Source: Octopus sinensis
Taxonomy: Eukaryota
Length of the DNA: 64,000 nt
Assembly (NCBI RefSeq): GCF_006345805.1
Contig: NC_042997.1
Coordinates: 2,170,001-2,234,000, forward strand
Reading direction: 5' to 3'
The notes beneath the pieces are model-generated. The model saw only the letters and a program-made list of their open reading frames with translations, ran no database searches and had not been told where the DNA came from. The translations under genes were made by a program, and so were the position numbers. Every line of letters begins with the position of its first letter. Position 1 is the first letter of the stretch. Below, piece by piece: positions 42,109 through 57,281 of the stretch.

Positions 42109-42624
42109 TACAAACATAGATACATAACATTGTAAAAGACAAAATAAAAGAAGAAACCCAATGAACTTTGTCAGGCATTCCTACAACGAAGACGAATAAG
42201 AGTTACCAAATACCTTACAAAATATAGCGTTGCCCCAGCATGGATGCAGTCAAAAATTTGAAGCAAGTAAATGGTAAAAGAATGATTTTTATATTTTTTT
42301 ACATCGACACTGAGGAAATAACTTCCTAGGGGTAGATGCAACTTACTCCGGTGGAGACGAGGGGACTATCTCACTAATAAACACTTTACATTTTCAGTAA
42401 AGAATTTAAGATAGTAGTAGAAAGCAGGTCATCTGCATACACATACTAGACACTCAGTGATTGAAGTGCCGTGTGTACTTTGCATCCGGTTTTAAAAGTG
42501 AACTTTGACAAAATATTCAAATATTCATGTGTAGAAAAAATATATTCACATACATATATATTAATATATATAAATGTGAGTGCATGGGTTTATGTATATA
42601 CGTATGTAACTATATGTGTGCACA

Positions 42625-42812
42625 TATGTGTAAAAGAGAAGAAAGATGCAGCTTCATCATCCTCAACCTGCTCCGACCATCCTGTGCGAATTCTGCCCAC
42701 GACACTTTCACCACCGACTTGGACTCCGAAGTCTCATTCAGCACAAACATCTGTCGCGGAAACTGAAGAGAACCTGATGAACCCAATGCTCGGACACGAG
42801 CAGGAGCCAACG
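42625..42812 (+). mobile_element. RTE-type LINE 3' tail with a C2H2-like finger
   Basis: CEFCPRHFHHRLGLRSLIQH, followed by ctcggacacgagcaggagccaacgat and a microsatellite. Confidence 0.55.
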
Positions 42813-42835
42813 ATATATGTATGTATGTATGTATG

Positions 42836-42896
<61 letters not shown>

Positions 42897-42967
42897 TCAG
42901 TCACAGACACACTTATATAAATTCATAAATATTTGACTTTCTAAATGCCTACATAAATCTTACCTAG

Positions 42968-43009
<42 letters not shown>

Positions 43010-44691
43010 ACTCCATACACACACGCGCACACTCGCAAACAAACACAAACACACAATTATATAAGACGGGATTGTTTTCGCTTCCCTCTACCAAATCCGC
43101 TCAACGCTTTGGTCGATCTGAGTCTATACTAGACGAGAGTCATCCAAGGTGCCATGGGTGGGAGTGAACCCGGAACTAGCAATCACAGAGCAGTGCCTGT
43201 GCCTATAGACAGGTATATAAAACCATCGTTAGGACAACAGCAGGAAGCATGGAAATCATTACAATTAAATGCGTGTAAATTTTTAAATGCGTGTAAGTCC
43301 AATACACAACCATACACATCCACGCGCACGCTCACAAGCACTCACGCACCCAGAAGCTTACATGCGTTCGCAAGGACGCATGGAGATATTGGTATGTAGA
43401 GAAAGGCGTAAGTTTAGAATGGAAACAGGATACAAGGAATTCCATACAAATAATACAAATACTTATGAACAATTCTATTACACGCGCACGCACACGCTAA
43501 TACGCAGAGCAGCAAGAACGCAAGAACAAGCTTCCCGCATACACACATCCACGACGGAAGTCACACATACACACGTACACACGGAGACATGCATAGGCGC
43601 ATGTGCACATATGTACACACACAGTTACGCAGTAACACATATTAAGGATGCGTGAACGTACTCACTCAGACATACACAAAACTCTTACCTATTCACAAAG
43701 CCCACCACATCACACGCACAATCAGATGCACACACATAAGCAAACATTCACACATTCACACACAGATGCGCGCGCACGAGCACACATTCACAGAATTGTC
43801 TCACTCATAAGAACATGCACACTAGACCACACATTCGCACACTCACACACACGTAGAAACACCCGAGTAGATGTTTACACACGCAAACAAACACTGTTCT
43901 CCCATCTATTTTCGACCGCACTACATAAGGAAATACATGACATGTGTAAATTGATATGAGAATTATACGCAGCTGTAAGATTGCACATTCGGCTTAATCT
44001 GAACTTCTACAATCTACTTAATTGCAGATCAGAAATTTTCAGTACTAGCAAGTATATGGAGAAAGTCATTTTGGCGACCTAGGGAACCATACTCCAGAAT
44101 AAGCAGGTGTCTTACAGCCTTTGGACTACTCCTCTCCGTTGAACTACTCTTGTACAACGTGGTTTTAAGATCAAAGGGAATATAACTCTAATCTTTTTCG
44201 CTTCTTTTCTTTCTACATTTTTTTTATTAACTCATCTCAGAGCCTGATATTGCATAGTGATAGAAGGTACATCATAAAAAAATAACTTGAATAACAAGCC
44301 CCGCCTCGTCTCCTCATGGGAAGAAACTAAAAGTAGCTCTTATCTTTATAGTGTGAATATTAAATGATATTTATCTCACAAAGGATGTCGCTTTTTTCTT
44401 GATCGTTCCTTAGGGAAAAGTAATATCCACACACACACAGTTTACTGTTCCGCTAAGGTAAGATCAAGAAAATATGTTATTCTTATACAAGAATGCTATT
44501 GAATGTATCTTCGAATTTTCAGCCAACCAAGCCCCATCATTTGACTGCGATGCATTAAAGTTACTTCTGTCTCACATACATATATACATACATAAACATA
44601 TATAAACACACACATATATATATATATATATATACGTGTATATATATGTATATGTATACATATATATATATACTTATATGTCTGTGTATGT

Positions 44692-44730
<39 letters not shown>

Positions 44731-44819
44731 ATACATGCATACATACATATATATATATATATTATATATATATATATATACGTAATTGTATACATGTATA
44801 TACATATATATATATATAT

Positions 44820-44900
<81 letters not shown>

Positions 44901-45335
44901 GATGCATACACATACTTGGTAATGGATGCGTAGTTTTCAATTAAATAATAATAATAATAATATATACATGAATACATGGGTACAGGATGTCACTAACCGT
45001 GCAAACAACATGAAATACGCAAACAGACACTCCAAACATGCAAAGAACGAGAGGAGAAAATGAAAAACAGGAGAAAGGACCCTTCGTCAGCTGTATGTTG
45101 TCTATCCACTCCTCATTACGAACATTCAGCGGCAATATGAATCTTCAAAGACAGTTGCTCCCATAAATTGTAAAATAAAATTTAGGATTTATGACGTGTC
45201 AAAGTTGAAAACAATATAGTGGAGATATACAAAGAAACTGAACGAAAAAAACACATTGTGGGTTCGTTAGACCAGAACAAGAGGAAAATGGTGAACGCTG
45301 GGAGAGATAAGTTATTTGAAAAGAGAAAAGTTAGA

Positions 45336-45384
<49 letters not shown>

Positions 45385-45540
45385 TAGAAAACTGTGCAAG
45401 AGGGAGAAAAGTGAAATTAGAGAAAGATGGAGGAGGAAAACAGTATAGAGTAGAGTAGTATCAAGAAGGTGCAAGTTAAAATTAATAGGAAATGAACGCA
45501 TGAGGTTCAATCAAATAATAATAATAATAATAACAATAAA

Positions 45541-45610
<70 letters not shown>

Positions 45611-45621
45611 TAATAATAATA

Positions 45622-45970
45622 ATGGGCTACAGCAAATATTCTGCTCAATACCACAGATTTGCTTGTCAGTTGTTTGGCCTTAACCAGTTGAGCATGTCCC
45701 TTAGTGGCTGACAATACGTGCATCTCTGATCACGAGCAGAAGTAGTGGGGGAGCATCATGGCCATATGTTGAGAGGGATTCTTTGGAGTTTGAATGGTTC
45801 ACCTCTGGAAACATAGGTGTTTCGTTCAACATCCTAAAGCAACACTTATTCAGGGACCTTTTGAGCAGGATGGGCTACTCAACCTGAAGAAAATTCTAAC
45901 TGGGCCCTACCTGCAAGGTCATGTGCTGTTTATCTTCATATGAGATCACCATGTCGCGCACATATGGTTG
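45622..45970. mobile_element. Truncated copy of an unclassified ~540-bp (AAT)n-associated element
   Basis: Colinear with 54535-55030 and 61105-61652. Confidence 0.85.
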
Positions 45971-46270
45971 TGAAAAAACGACAGAAGGCTTAAATGTTAA
46001 AAAATATATATATTTGTGTCAAAATGTCTGGAGAATATTGGAAAATTTTTTTTTTTTTCCCTTTCCTTAAAATGACATAATTTTAAAATTTTTAAAGAAA
46101 TTACCGGTTTCGCGTGTAGCTTTTCAAATTTCTTGTGACGTTATGTTTATATTGCATGGAGTTATCGTTGTTTTTATTTCCAGGAGATTTCTAAATAAGG
46201 GGAGGTAGTGAGTGATTTCTTCCGGTGTAAGGGAGATAATCGCTTAAAATTTTTTTTTCCCTTTTCCTTG

Positions 46271-46463
46271 TTAATTTCTCTGTGTCAGTATGTTCGGATG
46301 GTTGAGTCTGGGTTTGTACTTTTCAATGAAGAATGTTTCCTTGTTCAGTCTCATTTGTGTTGATGATCCGAAAGCACATTGGTAAAATGGGAAGATTAAA
46401 AATTGTGGCAGTAGTCCCATTTTACCAATGTGCTTTCGGATCATCAACACAAATGAGACTGAA
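46271..46463 (-). mobile_element. 3' end of a PLE with a perfect 49-bp inverted duplication
   Basis: FLIFPFYQ..MRLNKETFFIEKYKPRLN is the GIY-YIG C-terminal motif. Arms are 46344-46392 / 46415-46463 with a 22-nt loop. Confidence 0.8.
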
Positions 46464-46474
46464 TAATAATAATA

Positions 46475-46539
<65 letters not shown>

Positions 46540-46629
46540 GTAATAATGAATGCATGTACATACATACATGGGTACAGGACATCACCATCCCTGCAAACAA
46601 CATAAAATATGCAAAAAAAATTAGCCAAA

Positions 46630-47950
46630 TATGCAAACGACGAGAGAGACCTTGTTGCACCAATCCTCTTTGAAATATATTTTGCTGTTGTTTTCTCACA
46701 TGCCTTTCAAAACTACGACGAAGATATTTGCATAAAATATCGAAAAACGGAATGTTTTTAACCTGACCAGACTGAAATTCAAAACGAAGGTTTTTACTTC
46801 CCTCATTAGGGAACTTTTGTACGCTGACGATTGCGATCTTGTCAGTCAGTCTGAAGCAGATCTGCAATCTCTTGCATCTACATTTGACTCAGCTTGTGAT
46901 AATTTTGGCTTGACCATTAACTTGAAAAAGAGGTTGTAAAGCATCAACCTGCGTGTGGTGCTGTTTATAACCACTCTAAAATGTTTGTTATGGTTAAGTT
47001 ACTCGAGGCTTTCGATTCGTTCATCTACCTTGGAAGTTCTGTTCAAAATGATGGAATTCTTGATACAGAAATACAGCTGCATTTGGTGCCCGCGACTTAT
47101 AAGTAAGAATACGAAGATGGCTCTATACAAATCATTTGTCTTACCATCCCTGTTGTATTCCTGTGAAACTTGGACTTGTTATGAAAAGCATTTTACATTT
47201 TTGGAACAATTCCACCAAAAATCCTTCATTGCATTTTAAAAATTAAATGTTCTTTTATACTCCAAACACAGATGTCCTTGCATTTGCAGGCATCACCTCA
47301 ATTAAAGCTTTGCTTATGCGGAACCAAATGAGATGGTGTGGTCATATTTTTCGAATAGCAAATGAACGTATGCAGAAGCAGCTGTTTTATGGTGAGCTTG
47401 CAGAAGGGAAACGCTATCGGCGTAAACCTAAAAAAGGTTTAAGGACGGCATAAGGGCAACTATGAAGCCACTTGAAATGGATACAGAAGACATAGAATGT
47501 GGAGTGGAGTGAAAGAATTTGAAGAGGTCAGGATAATGCAGTAAGACTGAACAGAGACATAAGGAAGAATATAATGATCGAGAAGGTGAAGGACAATGAC
47601 CTTTCTGTGCGCACAGTATGAGACAGACCATGCCTATCTTTTACTGGGCTCAAATCGCATCTGCGAACCCAAGGAAAAAGAACGTCCACCAACTGTTCTG
47701 CCTATATGTCAGTGCACACCTTTGAATGCAGTATATGCTAGAAAGTTTTAAAATCCAACGGAGGCCTCAAAAGACATTTTAAGATCCACAAAGATCAGAA
47801 TTTATCTGCTTCTCTTGGTAGTCCAAATCGGATGTGCATTCTGTATGGGTGTCTTTTCATAATTTTGGTTTAAAAATCCACATCAGGTGCCATGAAGGTG
47901 CTAAGGTGTAAGTTCAGGTGGTGCTCAAATTCTGCATAAAGAGTAGACAA
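46630..47950 (+). mobile_element. 5'-truncated, decayed RTE/BovB-like LINE with C-terminal C2H2 fingers
   Basis: LVAPILF..RELLYADDCDL..FGLTINLKK, LYSCETWT, NQMRWCGHIFRIANERMQKQLFYGEL, and CSIC.KVLKSNGGLKRHFKIH. Confidence 0.9.
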
Positions 47951-49271
47951 CCACCATATGTATGTATATATATATAAAATCTTCGACAGAGTAACACTTA
48001 TATATACAACTTGAATAGAAACACATATCAATACATCAACTAAACAGGTTTACATGTACATACAAGTTGCTTCTTAAATTTCGCCGCTCTCATGTTGAAT
48101 AAACACTGAATTAAATTTGTAAAACTGTTTATTTTCTATTTTCAGTTTTTAATGTTTATTTTAGTGGGTTACCAATCTATCTGTTTGGCCTCCCGACTAA
48201 GACAGTAATGACAAATTTTAAAGCTTGTTTGACATTTTATAAGTGTGAAAGGGACTAAGATTTCGATACTGTGTATTATAGGTTCCCACGATAATAGGAT
48301 GGAAATCAGAACTTGAGAGAAGACACTTTCAACCAGTCAGAATTCTATTTACATAATCAGTTTGACCGGGCAACTTCCTCTGTCGTTTGAGTAAAGTGTC
48401 ATACAAGCTGATGTTTATTGGTAATTAAACTGAATTTGCAACACCTGTGTGAATTTATCGGCTTTGTTTTTGTTGATAATTCTTATCAAGAACTTTTCCT
48501 GTGATCGCGATTTTGAGTAGACATACACTATCTGTTAAAGATCGGACATAATCTCTTCTAGGCAAGAAATGTAAAATTAAGTTTATTATAAACAATACAA
48601 ACACTCTGTATTCAATAGCTTTTAACGTGATACCTGTTAACAAGAAATTATTTTTTATTTAGTGAAAATTTAATGAAATCTAATCTTAAGTAAGTGAAAT
48701 TATGTTAAATACAACTAAATTGAAACTCTTTTCCCCTTGGCCATATCGACAATTCTGAAAACATTTGGGTGCGAATTTAACACGAGTAAAAGCTTTTCTT
48801 AAAACAGTTTTTATACTGAAAATCACAAGCGTAAGTTATTAAGGTGCGAAAATTACATGGGATTCAGAATTAATAATGTAAAACTTAAAAGAAATATAAA
48901 AAGTAGAAATATAAATAAGAAAATGGGGAGAAAGAATATATTAAAGAATGTATGGAAAAACAAGCGTGAATGGAACTACCAGTTAAAAATTTTAAATTTG
49001 GAGATTTAAGTGGTTAAGGTTAAAAGTTTAGGAGATTAAATAAATCCTGCAGATTAAAGTAAAGAATTAACAGTTATCTTCTAAGATTGATGGAGAAGAT
49101 AATGAAGGGTTAGCTATAGGTATAATAGAACGATCATGGAAATATGCAAGTAAGTGTTATGTGTGAGGGATATGTTTACACTTGAAGTTATGGAAAATTT
49201 GTTTTTACAAGTTCTGAATGCTTCGTTTTGTTTTTTGAGTAATAGTGTTGAGTTATATGGTTTTATATATA

Positions 49272-49315
<44 letters not shown>

Positions 49316-49368
49316 ATGTGTGTGTGTGTGTATGTATATACATACATATATATATATATAATATATAT

Positions 49369-49427
<59 letters not shown>

Positions 49428-49428
<1 letters not shown>

Positions 49429-52205
49429 CACAATCAAGGAACGGCCATAATAGGCCATTCACCCACTAGAAATAACAGCCAAATCTTCAACCGCAAAATA
49501 ACATTAATTCCGCAACAAGGAGAAAATTAAAAAAAACATTTACCCTGTAATTTCTTATACGATGCACCGTTTCATCTATTGTTTAATGGTAAACTAACCT
49601 GATTAAATTAAATCAAGCCAATCTTCCATAGGCCGATAGATTCGTCAGTAAGTACAGCCAGATCGGAACAGATATTTTCACAGGCACTTCCATCCCTGCC
49701 TCGGCAATATCTGACCTAAAATTTTCAAATCATCGCACTCGCGCCAAATTTATCGGCAGCAAATATAAGCCGCCGATTCCATTACGGAACTAACCAGAAA
49801 ATTCATAATTAATCAATATAGGGTGGCAAAAAATTTCGTAGAATTTTTTTGCCACCAGCGGCCTAGTGGAAAAAAATTAAATAGTCATAGACCATTTATA
49901 AGTTCAACATCACAATCAAGGAACGGCCATAATAGGCCATTCACCCACTAGAATAACAGCCAAAGCTTCAACCGCAAAATAACATTAATTCCGCAAACCA
50001 GGAGAAAATTAAAAAAAACATTTACCCTGTAATTTCTTATACGATGCACCGTTTCATCTATTGTTTAATGGTAAACTAACCTGATTAAATTAAATCAAGC
50101 CAATCTTCCATAGGCCGATAGATTCGTCAGTAAGTACAGCCAGATCGGAACAGATATTTTCACAAGGCACTTCCATCCCTGCCTCGGCAATATCTGACCT
50201 AAAATTTTCAAATCATCGCACTCGCGCCAAATTTATCGGCAGCAAATATAAGCCGCCGATTCCATTACGGAACTAACCAGAAAATTCATAATTAATCAAT
50301 ATAGGGTGGCAAAAAATTTCGTAGAATTTTTTTTGCCACCAGCGGCCTAGTGGGAAAAAATTAAATAGTCATAGACCATTTATAAGTTCAACATCACAAT
50401 CAAGGAACGGCCATAATAGGCCATTCACCCACTAGAAATAACAGCCAAAGCTTCAACCGCAAAATAACATTAATTCCGCAAACCAGGAGAAAATTAAAAA
50501 AAACATTTACCCTGTAATTTCTTATACGATGCACCGTTTCATCTATTGTTTAATGGTAAACTAACCTGATTAAATTAAATCAAGCCAATCTTCCATAGGC
50601 CGATAGATTCGTCAGTAAGTACAGCCAGATCGGAACAGATATTTTCACGAGGCACTTCCATCCCTGCCTCGGCAATATCTGACCTAAAATTTTCAAATCA
50701 TCGCACTCGCGCCAAATTTATCGGCAGCAAATATAAGCCGCCGATTCCATTACGGAACTAACCAGAAAATTCATAATTAATCAATATAGGGTGGCAAAAA
50801 ATTTCGTAGAATTTGTTTTGCCACCAGCGGCCTAGTGGGAAAAAATTAAATAGTCATAGACCATTTATAAGTTCAACATCACAATCAAGGAACGGCCATA
50901 ATAGGCCATTCACCCACTAGAAATAACAGCCAAAGCTTCAACCGCAAAATAACATTAATTCTGCAAACCAGGAGAAAATTAAAAAAAACATTTACCCTGT
51001 AATTTCTTATACGATGCACCGTTTCATCTATTGTTTAATGGTAAACTAACCTGATTAAATTAAATCAAGCCAATCTTCCATAGGCCGATAGATTCGTCAG
51101 TAAGTACAGCCAGATCGGAACAGATATTTTCACGAGGCACTTCCATCCCTGCCTCAGCAATAGCTGACCTAAAATTTTCAAATCATCGCACTCGCGCCAA
51201 ATTTATCAGCAGCAAATATAAGCCGCCGATTACATTACGGAACTAACCAGAAAATTCATAATTAATCAATATAGGGTGGCAAAAAATTTCGTAGAATTTG
51301 TTTTGCCACCAGCGGCCTAGTGGGAAAAAATTAAATAGTCATAGACCATTTATAAGTTCAACATCACAATCAAGGAACGGCCATAATAGGCCATTCACCC
51401 ACTAGAAATAACAGCCAAAGCTTCAACCGCAACATAACATTAATTCCGCAAACCAGGAGAAAATTAAAAAAAACATTTACCCTGTAATTTCTTATACGAT
51501 GCACCGTTTCATCTATTGTTTAATGGTAAACTAACCTGATTAAATTAAATCAAGCCAATCTTCCATAGGCCGATAGATTCGTCAGTAAGTACAGCCAGAT
51601 CGGAACAGATATTTTCACGAGGCACTTCCATCCCTGCCTCAGCAATAGCTGACCTAAAATTTTCAAATCATCGCACTCGCGCCAAATTATCAGCAGCAAA
51701 TATAAGCCGCCGATTACATTACGGAACTAACCAGAAAATTCATAATTAATCAATATAGGGTGGCAAAAAATTCGTAGAATTTGTTTTGCCACCAGCGGCC
51801 TAGTGGAAAAAATTAAATAGTCATAGACCATTTATAAGTTCAACATCACAATCAAGGAACGGCCATAATAGGCCATTCACCCACTAGAAATAACAGCCAA
51901 AGCTTCAACCGCAACATAACATTAATTCCGCAAACCAGGAGAAAATTAAAAAAAACATTTACCCTGTAATTTCTTATACGATGCACCGTTTCATCTATTG
52001 TTTAATGGTAAACTAACCTGATTAAATTAAATCAAGCCAATCTTCCATAGGCCGATAGATTCGTCAGTAAGTACAGCCAGATCGGAACAGATATTTTCAC
52101 GAGGCACTTCCATCCCTACCTCGGCAATATCTGACCTAAAATTTTCAAATCATCGCAATCGCGCCAAATTTATCGGCAGCAAATATAAGCCGCCGATTCC
52201 ATTAC
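49428..52205 (-). repeat. Tandem array of about 5.75 copies of a 482-485-bp hammerhead-containing unit embedded in (TA)n; retrozyme-like array A
   Basis: Unit starts (tcacaatcaagg) at 49428, 49910, 50394, 50879, 51364 and 51846. TA tracts lie at about 49262-49427 and 52215-52344. Confidence 0.97.
49554..49652 (-). ncRNA. Type I hammerhead ribozyme, array A copy 1 (identical copies at 50036-50134, 50521-50619, 51006-51104, 51491-51589, 51973-52071)
   Basis: Minus strand reads ctgta-ctta-CTGACGA-atctat..atagat-GAAA-cggtgcatcg-TA-taag-aaat-tacag. P1 is 4+5 bp with a 4-nt bulge, P2 is 6 bp, P3 is near-palindromic. GUA cleavage between 49558 and 49557. Confidence 0.92.
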
Positions 52206-52215
52206 GCCGATTAAT

Positions 52216-52247
<32 letters not shown>

Positions 52248-52258
52248 ATATATATTAT

Positions 52259-53607
<1,349 letters not shown>

Positions 53608-54534
53608 CCGCAATACAGCAATACTGCTTTCCAGTAAAACAAAGCATCACGAAGTTGAAGAATACATATAGAATAGTATACAACCATTATTTACTAGCAG
53701 CTGATAATATACGTGGCTATAGTAAAGATTCACTGTATATATATTTATATATGTATACGTCATAAATATTGAAACTTATATTATTTAAAAATGCTTCTTT
53801 TATTCTATATTGTTTAAAATGTATTGTGATAGGAAATTTCTTATACATGCTGAAAGTTTCTTATAAACTGCACTTCTGTTTATTAAAATCAACTGGGCTT
53901 TATAGCACAGAGGTCTTTCAATATTTGAACGAAAACGTCATATATTCGCAGACTAGAATTTATATGACGCATTATAAATCTAATCACTGCCTCAGGCTCT
54001 TTTGCAATGTATTTCTATAATATCAACAATATTGATACAGAATAGATGCTCTATATAGTCTGATCTAGAAACTAAGATTAATAAATAAAAGAAATATATT
54101 ATTATATGAAGCTAATAATATTCAACAGAAGTGGGTCATCTTGGATTAGTTAGTAAAATGTTTTACATAGGGAGTTGTCTAAAAAGTTATATAGTTAGAA
54201 ACAAAAGAAATATGTGTAGGGACCGCACCTGCACCAGTGGTGATAGAAGTGGCATTGCAGGAATTGTAATGATTTTAAATGAGCCATAGCTGAAATGGTG
54301 ATTAATGTTTTAAGGAGGTTAAGGATGATAATTGTAGTGATTAATAAGTTGTTTGGGCGGAATATTAAGATTGCCGGAATATTATGATGGGCAGAATACT
54401 AAGAATGCGATGATAATAATAAGGAAATAGAAGAGGAAGCAGATGATGGTGGTAATAATAACAAAAACAACAAGGACAACACAAACAACAACAACAACAA
54501 CAACAAAAACAATAATAGTGATAATAAATGTCCT

Positions 54535-55030
54535 ATGCTGTACAAGGCATTGGTTCTAATGGTTTCTGATCTTAACTGATTGGAAGTTTTCTCATATACA
54601 TTGTTTTGCTTGGTATAAAAGATGGGCTACAGCAAATATTCTGCTAAGTACTCGTCAGTTGCTTGACCTTAACCAGCTGAGCATATCCATTAGTGGCTGA
54701 CGATATGTGCATCTCTGATCACGAGCAGAAGTAGTGGGGGAGCATCACTGTCACGTGTTAAGAGGAATTCACCTCTTGAATCATGGGGATTTCATTCAAC
54801 ACCCTTAGACAATCCTTATACACGGCCCACAGAAAATCCTAACTGGGCCCCACCTGCAATTTCATGCACTATTTATCTTGATATGAGATCAATATGTTGC
54901 TCACATGTGGTTCTTAAGCATGTGCCTAGTGTACCATTATGAGGTGTATAGTCCTGATGGGTATACTGGTCTTCGTATATTTGTATTCCAGTGTCACTTT
55001 GAAAGCATAAACTGTTCCTTCACTCAATGA
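54535..55030. mobile_element. Copy of the ~540-bp (AAT)n-associated element
   Basis: Colinear with 61105-61652 and bounded by AAT/AAC repeats. Confidence 0.85.
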
Positions 55031-55226
55031 TAATAATCCTTTCAAATATAGGTACAAGGTTTGAATTAATTGGGAGGGGGACAGTCGATCACATCGACCC
55101 CAATACTCCACTAGCATTTAACTTATCGATCCCGAAAGGATGAAAGTCAAAGACGAACTCGCCAGGATTTGAAACCAGATCATAGCGATGGGCCTGATAA
55201 CAAATCTGCCACCTCGCCACCTGGTA

Positions 55227-55297
<71 letters not shown>

Positions 55298-55719
55298 AGT
55301 TGTAGTAGCAGCAGCAGCTCTGATCCTAAATGCAGATTCTACGTTAAATTTGAAGAAACAATAGACCATCGCTTCTCGGAATTTTTGTTAGAAGTTTTGA
55401 GGCAAGAAAAACAGGCATTGTTGCTGACAAAAAAGGAGGTTGCCCAAATTATCAATATCTCTGTTCCATGAAATACTAGAGTGAAGAATGAAGTGTATAA
55501 AATGATAGAGAAGAAAGAACCACTGAAGAGGAGGTCTGCAAACTCAGGCCAAATGAAGGCAGCGGGACTCAGTCGATAGCCGGATCCAGCGCACAAGTGA
55601 TAGCAGGTGTTCTACATAAATGCACGAGTCAGAAATACTCAGGGACTGAGTGAGACGTGCAGAAAAGTTTCGTCACAAAAGACTGCAGGAAATACTACAT
55701 CAAAATAATTGAAAAATGA

Positions 55720-56345
55720 TGTAACTTCAATCTAGAAACAATTTGCAGTAATAGAAACGTTACTTTCTCTGTCCGCAAACACTCTCCAAGCTTTCCTATC
55801 ATTTATAAACTCTCTTGCCTCTCTCACTCCAACACCTCTAACCACCAAAGCTATCCTCATTTCATCCATCGACACAAACTGAGGTGTACCTCTCGTTCTA
55901 TTGCTTACCACTTCTGCCTTCATCACTCTCCTTACCAACAGCTCCTCCTCCAGCCTCACCGTGTGGCCAAAGTACAACATTCATCTCTCCATTCTTGTTA
56001 TTAGGTTTTCTCTCGTGCCTGCTCGACTTCGCACCTCTCCTTTCCTCCCATAGTCCATCTGTGTCACACCAACCATAACCCTCAAACAACTCATCTTAAA
56101 CAGATCTAGTCGCCTCCTGTCCGCCTCTCTCAGCTCCCACATCTCTGCACCATGTAACACTGTCGGCACAATCACTCCCTCATACACACCTTTTTTCGCT
56201 TTCATATCAAAACTTTTATCTCTCAGCATACCTTTCACAAGTAAATTTGATGTTGCTCGAAGGCTACGGAACCAGCATGATGCGGCTGGGGTACACCAGC
56301 ATATGCTGTCGGGCCCCGCTGCTGATATTGAGGGTTGTGTTCCCT
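55720..56345 (-). mobile_element. RTE-clade LINE RT C-terminal fragment
   Basis: VYEGVIVPTVLHGAEMW..MSCLRVMVGVT..YFGHTVRLEEE..RGTP..DRKAWR. Confidence 0.85.
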
Positions 56346-56912
56346 GCCTTGACCCGAGCATAGGACGAGGTTCGTCTCTATTAGCAGGGAAATGAATGGA
56401 ATACCCGGTGAGTCTTTTTGCGGCTATCCCTTCCTAAAAAAAGAAGAATAAACCTGGGTATATATCTGTATCTACTTTCTCTGAGATATGTCCATGCAGG
56501 AATCAAAGAAATTTGACCAAACATTGTGATAAAAAAGATATCTAGCAAAATTAACACTCTTATACTTGCTGATATGTCATTACAAGTATAACGCAATACG
56601 TGAATTACGCTTCTAGACGACCTCTCTAAATACGTGAGCACCGAGATTGGGATTTCCAGAATTCAGGACATGATATATTACCCGATTGATATAAGTTGAT
56701 CAAAATCGGCTACGAAAATTCAGCAACAAATTCAAGGAAACATCGGCCTACAAGAACCTAGGAAGTAAGTATCTGCCTAGGAGCAACACGTATACTACAC
56801 AAGGTGCAGTCCTCGACGTAATAAGAATTAACCTGTATAAATTCATGGCCATCGTTTTGACTCAGTTACACGGGGTGAAAACACGCACCCAATGATGGTG
56901 ATGATGATGACA

Positions 56913-57018
<106 letters not shown>

Positions 57019-57240
57019 TAATAATAATAATGATGATGATGATGATGATGATGATGACGATGATGATGATGATAATAATAATAATAGTAATAACAATAGG
57101 AAAAAAAACGAATATGATGAAGTTCAAGGAAACCGGCTGCACATTTAATTCAATGAAAGGTGATGTTTCTCGCATTCTCTAATTGTCTGTCAGTCTGTCC
57201 GTATTCTTTTCCCTGTCCTAAACTTCCTATACATACACAC

Positions 57241-57281
<41 letters not shown>

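Noticed and set aside
49428-52205. Array A as a CRISPR array or as Helitron 3' ends (hairpin followed by CTAG-T)
   Set aside because: There are no unique spacers. The CTAG is 44 bp from the unit junction and not at either array end, and the complete hammerhead explains the unit better.
55321-55560. DPKCRFYVKFEE..LLTKKEVAQII, vaguely like an integrase-type transposase N-terminus
   Set aside because: Short, interrupted by stops, and no catalytic motif is visible.
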